From Patescibacteria group bacterium (GTDB taxonomy: Bacteria; Patescibacteriota; Microgenomatia; UBA1400; PJMF01), in NCBI GenBank assembly GCA_040879165.1, contig JBBDKV010000013.1:71967-135966 (forward strand): 64,000 nt of DNA, read 5' to 3'. Positions 20,476-29,689 of this stretch are shown in pieces; the stretch's first letter is position 1; every line of letters starts with the position of its first letter. The position numbers and the translations under genes were made by a program. The notes under the pieces are model-generated. The model saw nothing but the letters and a program-made list of their open reading frames with translations, did no database searches and was not told the DNA's origin.

Positions 20476-21930
20476 ATGCACGCTGAAGTGGTTGATCCTT
20501 TTACGCACATCGTTGCTCCATTTTTTCCTGAGGAAAAATGTGGTGTTTTTGGGGTCTATGGCGCTGGCATGGAAGCCGCGCGCCTAGTACATTCTGGTCT
20601 CTGGGCACTGCAACATAGAGGACAAGAAAGCTCAGGGATTGCTTCTTCAGAAGGCAAGACTATTCGACTTTACAAAGGTGAGGGATTGATCTCACGCGTC
20701 TTCAACGAGGATCATTTGGCTCTCCTTTCTGGGAACTACGCTATTGGTCACAATCGCTACGCAACTTCTGGGGGCTCAGGCAAGACTCACGCGCAACCGA
20801 TTCTAGGTAAACACAATTTGATCGCACTCGCTCACAACGGGAACTTGCCAGATACGTCAGCGCTCGAAAAATATTTGAAAAAACAAGCAATTGATATTTC
20901 GGTCCTGAACGACTCAGAGATGATGCAAGCAGCCATTGAGCATGAATTGCATCGCGGCAACACGATCAAAAAAACGCTTAAAAAACTGCTGCCACTTTTC
21001 ACAGGCGTCTATTGTTTGCTGCTGCTGACCAAAGATAGCTTGATAGCGATTCGAGATCCCTCAGGTGTTCGCCCGCTGAGTTTGGGTAAGCTGAATGGTG
21101 GATACGTTTTTTCCTCAGAAACGTGCGCTTTGGATACTATTGGTGCAACATTTGTGCGTGATATTGCTCCGGGAGAAATGGTAGTGGTCACTGCGCACGG
21201 ACTAAAATCGCACCAATTGCAACCCGGTGATGAAAAATTAGATATTTTTGAGTTCATTTATTTCGCCCGATCAGACAGCATGCTGCTGGGGAAACGAGTT
21301 GACGTTGTTCGTAAAAATTTGGGTCGCCAGCTAGCGCGTGAGACTGATCTGGCTGCAGATGTGGTCATTCCAGTACCTGATTCGGCTGTTTCGGCTGCTA
21401 TTGGTTTTGCGCAGGAAAGTAGCGTGCCATTTGATCACGGCTTGATTAAAAATCGCTACATTCATCGGACATTTATTCAACCAGCTCAAAGATTAAGAGA
21501 GAAAACGGTCAACATGAAACTCAACCCTATTCCTGAAAGCATTTCGGGCAAGCGGGTAGCAATCATTGATGACTCGATTGTCCGCGGCACAACAGCCAAA
21601 AGCCTGGTTGAAAGAGTGCGCTCGGCTGGTGCAGCAGAAGTTCATTTGCTGATAAGTTCACCACCAGTGGTTTATCCTGACTTTTACGGTATCGATACCC
21701 CGCGACAAACAGACCTGATTGCCTTTGAGATGCCCATTAAAAAAATTGTCAAATACGTGGGTGCCGACAGCCTACACTTTTTGTCCTATCAGGGAATGAT
21801 CAAGGCAATAGAATTGCCTGAAAGCACGTTTTGTACGTCGTGTTTTACGGGAAAATACCCGAGTTCAATTGGTAAAAGAAGTCGAGAAATTAAGTCGTGC
21901 GCTCACTCAGACCTAGCTCGTGAGGAGTAG
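20476..21930 (+). CDS. purF: Amidophosphoribosyltransferase (glutamine-PRPP amidotransferase).
   Basis: Ntn-type N-terminal Cys (CGVFGVYG), the PRTase motif VAIIDDSIVRGTT, and a FeS-less C-terminus. Confidence 0.8.
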   Translation: MHAEVVDPFTHIVAPFFPEEKCGVFGVYGAGMEAARLVHSGLWALQHRGQESSGIASSEGKTIRLYKGEGLISRVFNEDHLALLSGNYAIGHNRYATSGGSGKTHAQPILGKHNLIALAHNGNLPDTSALEKYLKKQAIDISVLNDSEMMQAAIEHELHRGNTIKKTLKKLLPLFTGVYCLLLLTKDSLIAIRDPSGVRPLSLGKLNGGYVFSSETCALDTIGATFVRDIAPGEMVVVTAHGLKSHQLQPGDEKLDIFEFIYFARSDSMLLGKRVDVVRKNLGRQLARETDLAADVVIPVPDSAVSAAIGFAQESSVPFDHGLIKNRYIHRTFIQPAQRLREKTVNMKLNPIPESISGKRVAIIDDSIVRGTTAKSLVERVRSAGAAEVHLLISSPPVVYPDFYGIDTPRQTDLIAFEMPIKKIVKYVGADSLHFLSYQGMIKAIELPESTFCTSCFTGKYPSSIGKRSREIKSCAHSDLAREE

Positions 21931-23025
21931 TTTGGGAACGGGCACCGTATCAATAGCATCCCTGTTTGCACGTTGTCGCACCGTTTTTTTCAATTTTGGA
22001 AACAACAAATACAAAAATTCTCGGGCAGCGTGGCGATTTTTTCCTTGATACGGCGCGTCATGAATATCAAAACCTGGAGACGTATTTAATTCGATAATTA
22101 CGTAGCTATGATCTGTCTGCTGCTTGGTAATATCTGCTGTAATAAAGTCAATTCCAGCAAGACTGAGTCCGGGTATCGCCTCCATAGCTTCAAGCGCAAT
22201 TGCGTTAACACTTGGATGTGCCAGATCTGTGCAATCTATGGCTTCTCCGCCCTTTGAGACATTGGAAACTGTTCTTAAAAACACCTGCTGGTTTAGTTTT
22301 GGAATAGATGCCACAGTCATGCCGCACATCTCAAGATTGCTGCGCAGATCTGCATCAATGTTGATTTTACAATGCGATTGAGTGCCCGCTCGTCTAATTT
22401 TTTCTTTGTTTTTGTGTTCGATTAGTTGCCGAATACTTGATTCTCCATCCCCGATCACATTAGCTGGAATTCTGTTGACAATACCTACTACTTTTTCTTG
22501 CGTTGCCAGAATTCGATACTCCTTGCCTTGAAACATCTCTTCAACCAGACTGGTCGATTTACTACCAGCATGAGCAAACGCAAGCTCCAAGGCGCGCTGA
22601 TATTCTGGGTAGCTAGAAACATTGAGGGAAATATTATCGCCTTGGTTGCCGTCTGTTGGCTTGATTGCCAGTGGTTTTTGTAAGCTGTTATAGACTTTTT
22701 TTATGTACTCGGCTGTATCTGTTTTTGTAACCTGGTATCCTTTTGGAGTAGCAATGCCAACTGCGCGTAACAAATTATTGGTTGTGTGCTTATTGGCACA
22801 AGCGTGCTCAGCCAGCGCTGTAGTAGTGGATGGAATTTGGTGATAGTAACTAACGTGCTTGCCCGCATACTCCATACTGACAATCTTTGTGCCTGGTATT
22901 ATTTCCCAACTAATGCCCTGTTTTTCTGCTTCAACCAAAATAATGCGAGAGCTATTAGACAACCGCTTGCCATTTTTCAGGCCTTCTGGAGAGAAATGTT
23001 GTAGTTTTGGTTGTTTGTTTGACAC
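21913..23025 (-). CDS. ATP-grasp family protein (RimK / cyanophycin-synthetase-like ligase).
   Basis: Central ATP-grasp fold signatures (KPTDGNQGDNISL, EYRILAT, IIELNTSPGF). Confidence 0.55.
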   Translation of the reverse strand: MSNKQPKLQHFSPEGLKNGKRLSNSSRIILVEAEKQGISWEIIPGTKIVSMEYAGKHVSYYHQIPSTTTALAEHACANKHTTNNLLRAVGIATPKGYQVTKTDTAEYIKKVYNSLQKPLAIKPTDGNQGDNISLNVSSYPEYQRALELAFAHAGSKSTSLVEEMFQGKEYRILATQEKVVGIVNRIPANVIGDGESSIRQLIEHKNKEKIRRAGTQSHCKINIDADLRSNLEMCGMTVASIPKLNQQVFLRTVSNVSKGGEAIDCTDLAHPSVNAIALEAMEAIPGLSLAGIDFITADITKQQTDHSYVIIELNTSPGFDIHDAPYQGKNRHAAREFLYLLFPKLKKTVRQRANRDAIDTVPVPKLLLTS

Positions 23026-23318
23026 AGGTATATTCTCACTAGTTTAGATAGGCAACTCACCAGCTTGTGGTTTAGAGGTCAAGATTTAGGAGGTCAAGAT
23101 GTAGATGGCATGGTTAGCCAAAACACTGGTGAATAGCTTTTTCTGCTCACAGAAAGAAATGGTACTCTAAAATTGACTACTAAATATCTGTAGTGTTTTT
23201 CCAGTATAGCACACTATTGACTTATAGTGAAATGTTATGAGGTATTTTTGAGAATAACGAATTCTGATTCTATGGCTAACCTCGAGGAATGATTATTTCA
23301 CTTATAAATATATTTGTG

Positions 23319-23618
23319 TCAAATACTACTCGAGGTTTTTTCATACTGCCTTTGTCGTACTGATTCTACCTCGGCAGTAATGTCGCTAAACGCATCGTCA
23401 AACCTAAAATTACGATTATTTGACCTCAATTCTTCCAAAAACGCAAAATTCTTCAAGCGCTCATATTCTTCAAGCTGCTTAAGGTTAATAAGTGCCAGCT
23501 GGGCCTGACTGCGATTCATAACTATGATGGGTTTTTTTGATTTTTGCACCGATTCTGCCACAGCCTTATACTGACGCTGCACTTCTCTGATGGAAATAGT
23601 TTTATTAAGTAGTTGCAT
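23319..23618 (-). CDS. Phd/YefM-family antitoxin-like protein with a C-terminal extension. Orphan: no adjacent toxin.
   Basis: The N-terminus (MQLLNKTISIREVQRQYKAVAESVQKSKKPIIVMNRSQAQLALINLKQLEEYE) matches the Phd/YefM fold pattern. The downstream 290 bp has no ORF. Confidence 0.55.
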   Translation of the reverse strand: MQLLNKTISIREVQRQYKAVAESVQKSKKPIIVMNRSQAQLALINLKQLEEYERLKNFAFLEELRSNNRNFRFDDAFSDITAEVESVRQRQYEKTSSSI

Positions 23619-23854
23619 ACTACAATTGTCATACAATGACACATATCAATTGTCAAACTATTGTCTGACATTTGCAATTACATTCTCAAGAAATTATTTG
23701 TACCGGCACATTGTCAAAGGAAGGTGTCTATTAGCGCAGTCAAAAAAAGGTGACCGATTTGGAACGGTCTCCTAAGTTTGCGGGTCTAGGTCCTCCGCCC
23801 ATGCTTCGGACATTCCCTCGTGTAACTCGGTCAGAGTCAACAACACATATTCAG

Positions 23855-23900
23855 TCACAAAACTATAAGAAAAGACTGCTAGCGCAGTCTTTTCTTATAG
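23855..23900 (-). terminator. Rho-independent terminator immediately 3' of the minus-strand tRNA.
   Basis: Perfect 17-bp stem CTATAAGAAAAGACTGC / GCAGTCTTTTCTTATAG with a 4-nt loop. On the minus strand it is followed by TTTTGTG. Confidence 0.7.
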
Positions 23901-23901
23901 T

Positions 23902-23970
23902 TTGCGGGTCTAGGAGTCGAACCTAGCCTGTGAGATTATGAGCCTCACGTGCACCGTACACTAACCCGCG
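23902..23970 (-). tRNA. tRNA with a CAU anticodon. It is probably the initiator tRNA-fMet because of a C1:A72 mismatch.
   Basis: Cloverleaf drawn by hand: acceptor CGCGGGT/ACCCGCA with an unpaired C1-A72, T-arm CTAGG-TTCGACT-CCTAG, anticodon loop CTCATAA. The gene is a compact 69 nt and CCA is not encoded. Confidence 0.65.
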
Positions 23971-24068
23971 CGATAAGACTCATATTATAGCGACCTTTAC
24001 CCTCCAGGTCAAAACTAGATTATTTGGATTATCTGAATCAGAAAATTTTGGTATAATGCGACTCTGGC

Positions 24069-24142
24069 GCCAGGGTAGCTCAGTTGGTTAGAGCACAGGA
24101 TTCATAAACCTGAGGTCGAGAGTTCGAATCTCTCCCCTGGTA
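24069..24142 (+). tRNA. tRNA with a CAU anticodon, either elongator Met or Ile2 (lysidine).
   Basis: GCCAGGG acceptor, D-arm GCTCAGTTGGTTAGAGC, anticodon loop TTCATAA, T-arm GAGAG-TTCGAAT-CTCTC and a paired acceptor end. Confidence 0.8.
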
Positions 24143-24271
24143 CACTTCAGCAGACAACAACTCAGATTAATTATGCTCTCTAATCCCCTTCCTGCCACCT
24201 GCCGAACCTACAGCACTCATCGCACTGACACAGCTTCATATCCTGCTGATTGGCAAACCCACCAATTAGTC

Positions 24272-24769
24272 AAAATGGGCCAGCCCCATGGTGATCAAAT
24301 TCTAGGTATAGATTCACCCGACGACCCAACCCTGCTTACCAGCGACGGCTGCCTCACCAGCCAACCAGGACTCCACCTCCAGGTTAAAACAGCGGACTGC
24401 CTACCAATCTTGCTCTATCACCCCAAACCGGTAATTGGCGCCATTCATGCGGGAAGGAAGAGTACACAACAACAGATACTATCTAAAGTCTGTCAGCTAT
24501 TACAGGAAAAATTTGCTATTTTTGATCAACTTGCTCTCTGGTTCGGTCCAGCCATATGCGTTGATTGCTACCAAGTCGATCGAGAAATGGATCTGCACTA
24601 TAATCTAATTGCTGAGAATACCAAGCAGCTTCGTCAGTTTTTTTCTAAAGAACAGGCAACGATTTTCAACTCAGACCTCTGTACCGCCCATCATAATGAT
24701 CAGTTTTTTTCGTATCGTCAAGAAGGTCCGCAAGTACCAAGGAATTTTTCAGGCATCGTGCTTGAGTAA
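24272..24769 (+). CDS. YfiH/PgeF-family protein (laccase-domain purine nucleoside phosphorylase / peptidoglycan editing factor).
   Basis: Conserved TADCLP, HAGRK (the HAGWRG region), and a C-terminal C...H...FFSYRQEG pattern. The ORF track starts at 24173 but the domain begins near MGQPHGD. Confidence 0.75.
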   Translation, partial: KMGQPHGDQILGIDSPDDPTLLTSDGCLTSQPGLHLQVKTADCLPILLYHPKPVIGAIHAGRKSTQQQILSKVCQLLQEKFAIFDQLALWFGPAICVDCYQVDREMDLHYNLIAENTKQLRQFFSKEQATIFNSDLCTAHHNDQFFSYRQEGPQVPRNFSGIVLE

Positions 24770-24828
24770 ATGCAGTGTTTACCTAAGCAACAACTTGCCT
24801 CAACCGCAAAAAGCTGTAGACTAGTGCC

Positions 24829-25344
24829 ATGCACCATTCGGCTCAAAAACCACACATTCAACAACCGCATGCTCGTCAGCCACAATCTCGGCGACCACTG
24901 CTTTTAGTCGCACTCGCCCTATTTCTGGCAGGAGCAGGTTTTTATGGTCAACAGCGACTTTGCCAGACAGCTGTGGCAGCTCCATTTTGCGAACAAGAAC
25001 GCACAACTACCTCTTCCTCAAAGAGATTAGCCGAGAGTTATCTAGAATACTCACCTGAAGCATTACAATCTGCACACAACCAAGAAAACACCGTCGTGCT
25101 CTACTTCTGGGCACCTTGGTGCAGCACCTGCTCGACACTCGATCACGATCTGCAAGACGGTATAGCTCAAGTTCCGGATGACATTACGCTGCTGCGCGTT
25201 AATTATGACGAAGAAACAGAGTTGAAGCAGCGCTTCAACGTCGTCACCCAACACACTTTTGTGCAATTAACTGCCAATAATGAGCCAATCACTGTCTGGG
25301 TTGGCGGAGAAATTGAGGAGTTGGTAGAGAATTTGGAGTTGTAG
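24829..25344 (+). CDS. Membrane-anchored thioredoxin-family protein.
   Basis: N-terminal TM helix and a thioredoxin fold with the WCxxC active site (YFWAPWCSTCSTL). Confidence 0.75.
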   Translation: MHHSAQKPHIQQPHARQPQSRRPLLLVALALFLAGAGFYGQQRLCQTAVAAPFCEQERTTTSSSKRLAESYLEYSPEALQSAHNQENTVVLYFWAPWCSTCSTLDHDLQDGIAQVPDDITLLRVNYDEETELKQRFNVVTQHTFVQLTANNEPITVWVGGEIEELVENLEL

Positions 25345-25420
25345 GACTAATTCACCAATCATGGGTGTTGTGCTGACCAAATTGCAGCAAAACATATTTT
25401 TAATTGAATAAACTCTAAAC

Positions 25421-25462
25421 AAAAAAACAGACCCACTTTCGAGGGACTGTCTTTCTATTTTC
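25421..25462. terminator. Bidirectional intrinsic terminator between the convergent trx-like and groEL genes.
   Basis: Stem ACAGACCC/GGGACTGT (one mismatch) flanked by an A-run on one side and a T-run on the other. This gives a U-tract on both strands. Confidence 0.55.
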
Positions 25463-25562
25463 ACGACTTTCACCATGAGGAGCGGATGTTGGCGAGAGAG
25501 GATTAGGTCTCCGGAGGAGGCCGCACAGCGAAGCGCCTCTCTCGCCAATCATCTGCGACGAA

Positions 25563-27203
25563 TTACATCATTCCGCCCATGCCGCCCATGTCAGCTCCGC
25601 CACCGCCACCTGCGGCTGGCTTGGCATCTTCAGGCTCATCAGCGATCAAGCACTCAGTTGTCAGAATCATTGATGACACTGAGGCAGCATTTTGCAAGGC
25701 AGCGATTTCGACCTTAGCAGGTTCAATCACGCCAGCCTTAACCATGTCGCCAAAGCTGTTGTTCATTACATCAAAACCCCAGGTTGGATCGTCTTTTTCT
25801 TTGATTTTGTAGACGACTTCGCCTTCGTTGACTCCTGCATTCTGAGCCAGCATGCGCAGTGGCTCTTCCATCACCTCTCGGATCAGGTCAACACCCATTT
25901 GCTCATCTGGTGAACCAGTTTTCAGTTTCTCCAACGCTTTACCTGCTTGAATAAAGGTCACTCCACCACCAGGGATGATGCCTTCGTCAATAGCCGCACG
26001 TAATGCTTCTTTGGCATCTTTGACGCGCTCCTGCAAGTTCTTCATCTCAATTTCAGTTGAAGCACCTACTTGGATAACGGCAACGCCGCCAGTGAGTTTG
26101 GCTTTGCGCTCTTGGAGTTTTTCAATATCAAACTCAGACGTTGCGTTCTCAATCTGAGCATCAAGCTGAGAAACGCGAGCATCAAGATCAGATTGTGAGC
26201 CTTTACCACCAACAATCACTGTTTCATCTTTACTCGAACGAACAGCATCTGCACGACCAAGGTCTTCAACAGCTGCGTCTTTGAGCTGTCGACCGGCTTC
26301 GCCAGAGATAAGATTGGCTCCGGTCAAGATCGCAATATCCTGGAGCAACTCTTTTTTACGATCACCAAACCCTGGTGCCTTCACTGCCAAGACATTAAAG
26401 GAGCCGCGTAGTTTGTTGACGACTAGTGTAGTCAGCGCTTCACCCTCAACGTCATCTGCAATGATCACCAAATCTTTACTGACCTTCATAAAATTCTCTA
26501 GCATTGGCAAGAGTTCTTGCAAACTAGAAACCTTTTGATCAGTGACCAAGATGTACGGAGCCTTAATTTCTGATTCCATTTTATCTGAATCAGTAACAAA
26601 GTACGGTGAGGCGTAGCCTTTATCAAGAATCATTCCCTGTTTGTGCTCAATGGTGATGTCCATGGTTTTACCTTCTTCAACCTCGACTACACCATCTTTG
26701 CCAACCATTTTCAGAGCTTCGGCAATTTTAGCACCAATAACTTCATTTTGAGCTGAAATAGTGGCTACTTTTTCCCAGTCTGATTGTTTAACTGGCTTGG
26801 CTAAACGACGAATTTCCTTGATTGCTGCCTCAACTGCGCGATCAATACCACGCTTCATGATCATCGGATTAGCACCTGCGGTAACGTACTTCATGCCTTT
26901 ACTAGCAATGTGTTGAGCAAGCAGCGTAGCAGTTGTAGTACCGTCTCCAGCGACATCATTGGTTTTATTAGCGGCTTCTTTGACTAATTGAGCGCCCATG
27001 TTCTCAAATTTATCCTCTAGTGTGATCTCTTTGGCAACACTGACACCATCATGAATGACGCTTGGCGCACCCCATGATTTATCAATGGCTACATTACGAC
27101 CTTTAGGGCCAAGAGTTGTGGTAACCGCAGCAGCGAGCTTGTTAATACCGCTGAGCATTTTTTGTCGAGCATCATCGCCATAAGCGAGTTGTTTTGCTGG
27201 CAT
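25563..27203 (-). CDS. groEL: Chaperonin GroEL.
   Basis: Full-length Cpn60 with the GGM-repeat C-terminus (GGGGGADMGGMGGMM). Confidence 0.97.
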   Translation of the reverse strand: MPAKQLAYGDDARQKMLSGINKLAAAVTTTLGPKGRNVAIDKSWGAPSVIHDGVSVAKEITLEDKFENMGAQLVKEAANKTNDVAGDGTTTATLLAQHIASKGMKYVTAGANPMIMKRGIDRAVEAAIKEIRRLAKPVKQSDWEKVATISAQNEVIGAKIAEALKMVGKDGVVEVEEGKTMDITIEHKQGMILDKGYASPYFVTDSDKMESEIKAPYILVTDQKVSSLQELLPMLENFMKVSKDLVIIADDVEGEALTTLVVNKLRGSFNVLAVKAPGFGDRKKELLQDIAILTGANLISGEAGRQLKDAAVEDLGRADAVRSSKDETVIVGGKGSQSDLDARVSQLDAQIENATSEFDIEKLQERKAKLTGGVAVIQVGASTEIEMKNLQERVKDAKEALRAAIDEGIIPGGGVTFIQAGKALEKLKTGSPDEQMGVDLIREVMEEPLRMLAQNAGVNEGEVVYKIKEKDDPTWGFDVMNNSFGDMVKAGVIEPAKVEIAALQNAASVSSMILTTECLIADEPEDAKPAAGGGGGADMGGMGGMM

Positions 27204-27235
27204 AGATTTCCTTTCTGAAGAAATTACTTAGAATG

Positions 27236-27538
27236 TTACTTTATAATGGCGAGCACGTCCTCAAATTTGAGGAATTGGTACTCGGTATCACCGATTTTGA
27301 ATTCGTTGCCACCCCATTTTTTGTAAATAACCTGATCACCTTTTTTAACAGAGGCAGTGACTTTGGCGCCGTCAATCATGGCAGCATCGCCAACTGCAAG
27401 GACTTTGCCATACTGTGGCTTATCCTCGTGAGAATCAGGCAAATAAATGCCGGAAGCAGTTTTCTTTTCTGCCTCAGCTGGTTCTACCAATACGTACCCT
27501 GGTAGGGGGTGTAATTTTGAAGCAGTGAGTGAGCTCAT
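27236..27538 (-). CDS. groES: Co-chaperonin GroES.
   Basis: 100-aa Cpn10 fold pattern (LHPLPGYVLVEP...GIYLPD...VGD) immediately upstream of groEL. Confidence 0.95.
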   Translation of the reverse strand: MSSLTASKLHPLPGYVLVEPAEAEKKTASGIYLPDSHEDKPQYGKVLAVGDAAMIDGAKVTASVKKGDQVIYKKWGGNEFKIGDTEYQFLKFEDVLAIIK

Positions 27539-27713
27539 AGCAACTCCTTTTTTTGTACTTATGTACTAATACGGTTTGGCAAGCTTGCTAATTCAGCGAG
27601 GTAAGTACCGATGGTCTACTTCGCTGCAAATCTAATTCTAGCAAAAGAGTCAAGACTCTGATAAGCAGATACTATAAAAGACTGCTAAACAATCGTCAAC
27701 GGGCAATTGTGAG

Positions 27714-28388
27714 TTATGTTGTTTTCTGTGACGCTGAACCAGCATCAGGCTCTTGAGAAAAAACTGATTTTTCATCGTCAGCACGAGCTTCATCAGCTGG
27801 TTTTTCCCAAACAGGAGCTTGTTCATGACCGCGGATAACAGATACCCGGGACAGCAGAAAGCCTTCGCAATTTATACCGCGATCTTCAAAATACTGATCG
27901 AGCTCTGCCTGAACAGATCCTTCAATTTGACTACGATTATGAGTGATTTGATCAAGAGTGAGGTTTGATAAAACGCTTGCCACACGACTCCGCGCTGTTG
28001 GACGAACCAGTTTAGAAACGACGTTTTCGCCAATATTTTCCCAAAGTTCGGGGGCATTTTTCCTATCAATTCGAAACAGAATCGATCCTTCGACAGAAAT
28101 CGACTTTCCATCAAACGTTGACGTCTGGATGGGTTGATCCCCCAAGGCTTCGGAGTTTTTGGAAAAGTCAAAACTATCATGAATTGAGTACTCGAGAATT
28201 TGCGCATTGAACAACTTAGCAACTTGCCAAAATGGAATTTTAAAATGCAAACCAGGTCCCCAAACTCGCGGTAAGACGCCGCGACCACGATCGTACACAC
28301 ACGCCACATGACCTGGTGGCACAGAAATAAAAAAGCCACCAACGACTTCGTCGACAAAAAATGAAACAACTAGTTTATCAAATTCCAT
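27714..28388 (-). CDS. SPFH/Band-7 (HflC/K, stomatin-like) domain protein.
   Basis: ISVPPGHVACVYDRGRGV ... SPFH core pattern. The N-terminal hydrophobic region starts at MEFDK. Confidence 0.7.
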   Translation of the reverse strand: MEFDKLVVSFFVDEVVGGFFISVPPGHVACVYDRGRGVLPRVWGPGLHFKIPFWQVAKLFNAQILEYSIHDSFDFSKNSEALGDQPIQTSTFDGKSISVEGSILFRIDRKNAPELWENIGENVVSKLVRPTARSRVASVLSNLTLDQITHNRSQIEGSVQAELDQYFEDRGINCEGFLLSRVSVIRGHEQAPVWEKPADEARADDEKSVFSQEPDAGSASQKTT

Positions 28389-28489
28389 AATATCGCCACG
28401 ATGCAGCAACAGCGCAGCAGATGTATTGTACCCTAGTTGTGCGCGCTAGGGGAAGCAGTAGCTTGTTGACAGCACACTTTGCTGCAAAT

Positions 28490-29266
28490 CTATTTAACAT
28501 CTACTACCACCTTTTCTCCTTGACCAGCTTCTGCTTCTTTCTTCGCTCTGTAATCCTGAAATTTAACCTGAATTGCGCGTCCCGTCGTCAGCAGAATGCT
28601 GAAACACAGCGTAGTAATAATAAACAGCTTTTTTCCCGCAGGGAGCTGAAATATCCAAAACAGAAAAAATGACACCACTGGCAAAATAAATTGCAATTTC
28701 ACCATCTGATTACGACTAATGCGATACGGTGAAATAATGGCAGAAATCACCTCAAGAATCAGTAGTAACCCTGCCTGAACGAAATTCAACTGAAAACTAA
28801 ACTGGGTTAAATCATACCGACCCATAAATTCCAGATTAAACGGCACATCTATGGCTGGCATAAAACCATAGATCAAGTCAAAATCTTCGCCAGTCAAGCC
28901 AGTATTAAACATCTGCCAGAGCATCAGGGCAATGACAATCTGGACAAACAGACCAATTATTTCGGCAATCAACACTCGTCGATTCGACCGCAAGACAGTC
29001 TTTTTTTTCTGAGAGACCACTACTGGCTCAGAAGCATGTGACTGTTCAATGCTTCGCACTTGTTGCTCAATATCTCTTCGGTCTTTCTCCCGCCGCTGCC
29101 CCGCCATCCACAGTGGTAGCAGTAGCACGCGGATGAGGATTGTCAGGAAAATCACCGCCACGCCCATATCGGCATTACCTCGAGTAATTACCTCAAGTAA
29201 CCAGTAAAAGAAAACTAAGACATTAAAAAATGGCTGATAGACAAAGGTTGTGAACAATTCAAACAT
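28490..29266 (-). CDS. yidC: Membrane protein insertase of the YidC/Oxa1 family (short form).
   Basis: YQPFFNVLVFFY...GVAVIFLTILIRVLLLPL conserved first TM region, five TM helices and a basic C-terminus. Confidence 0.8.
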   Translation of the reverse strand: MFELFTTFVYQPFFNVLVFFYWLLEVITRGNADMGVAVIFLTILIRVLLLPLWMAGQRREKDRRDIEQQVRSIEQSHASEPVVVSQKKKTVLRSNRRVLIAEIIGLFVQIVIALMLWQMFNTGLTGEDFDLIYGFMPAIDVPFNLEFMGRYDLTQFSFQLNFVQAGLLLILEVISAIISPYRISRNQMVKLQFILPVVSFFLFWIFQLPAGKKLFIITTLCFSILLTTGRAIQVKFQDYRAKKEAEAGQGEKVVVDVK

Positions 29267-29341
29267 ATTGCTATTCTATACTAAACTTGAAATGTATAAA
29301 AAAAATGAAAACAGAAAAAAACTCACTCGACAACAACTGAG

Positions 29342-29689
29342 CTAACTGGGAAGCTGCTCGCTCTCGATTAAAATACCATTGACCATCGACATTGTATCTC
29401 TTAATGAAATAACCAACTCCTGAGAAAGCTCCATAGTTTCTTCATCCAGCGAAATTTCTTCTAGAGTAAGATTTGATTCTTGCAAGCAGGTATCAAACGC
29501 ATCTTGCAGCCAATCCCCGTGCTCTTCCACCCAAGACTGCCGCTCCAACTTGGGTAAAATCAAAACCTGACGGACAACCTCTGAAACTGCCTTCAGTTCA
29601 CGAGTCTTGAGATATAAATTAAACTTTGTCGATGAAGTAGTCACACTTCGCAACGTCACGCTTGGTACAAAATCATTCATATAATTCAT
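29342..29689 (-). CDS. Hypothetical acidic protein upstream of yidC.
   Basis: 115-aa ORF. It lacks the RnpA RNR motif, so it is not called rnpA. Confidence 0.3.
   Translation of the reverse strand: MNYMNDFVPSVTLRSVTTSSTKFNLYLKTRELKAVSEVVRQVLILPKLERQSWVEEHGDWLQDAFDTCLQESNLTLEEISLDEETMELSQELVISLRDTMSMVNGILIESEQLPS

Noticed and set aside
25475-25717. An 80-aa plus-strand ORF.
   Set aside because: It overlaps the groEL 3' end and the long inverted repeat. Its Arg-rich translation is typical of an out-of-frame GC-rich artefact.
27539-27713. A canonical CIRCE upstream of groES.
   Set aside because: Only a compressed imperfect palindrome (TTGGCAAGCTTGCTAA) and an AGAGTC-AA-GACTCT palindrome are present. 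Neither has the TTAGCACTC-N9-GAGTGCTAA spacing.
29342-29689. An ORF considered as RNase P protein RnpA because of its position next to yidC.
   Set aside because: It is acidic and lacks the basic RNR motif of RnpA. It is kept only as a hypothetical protein.
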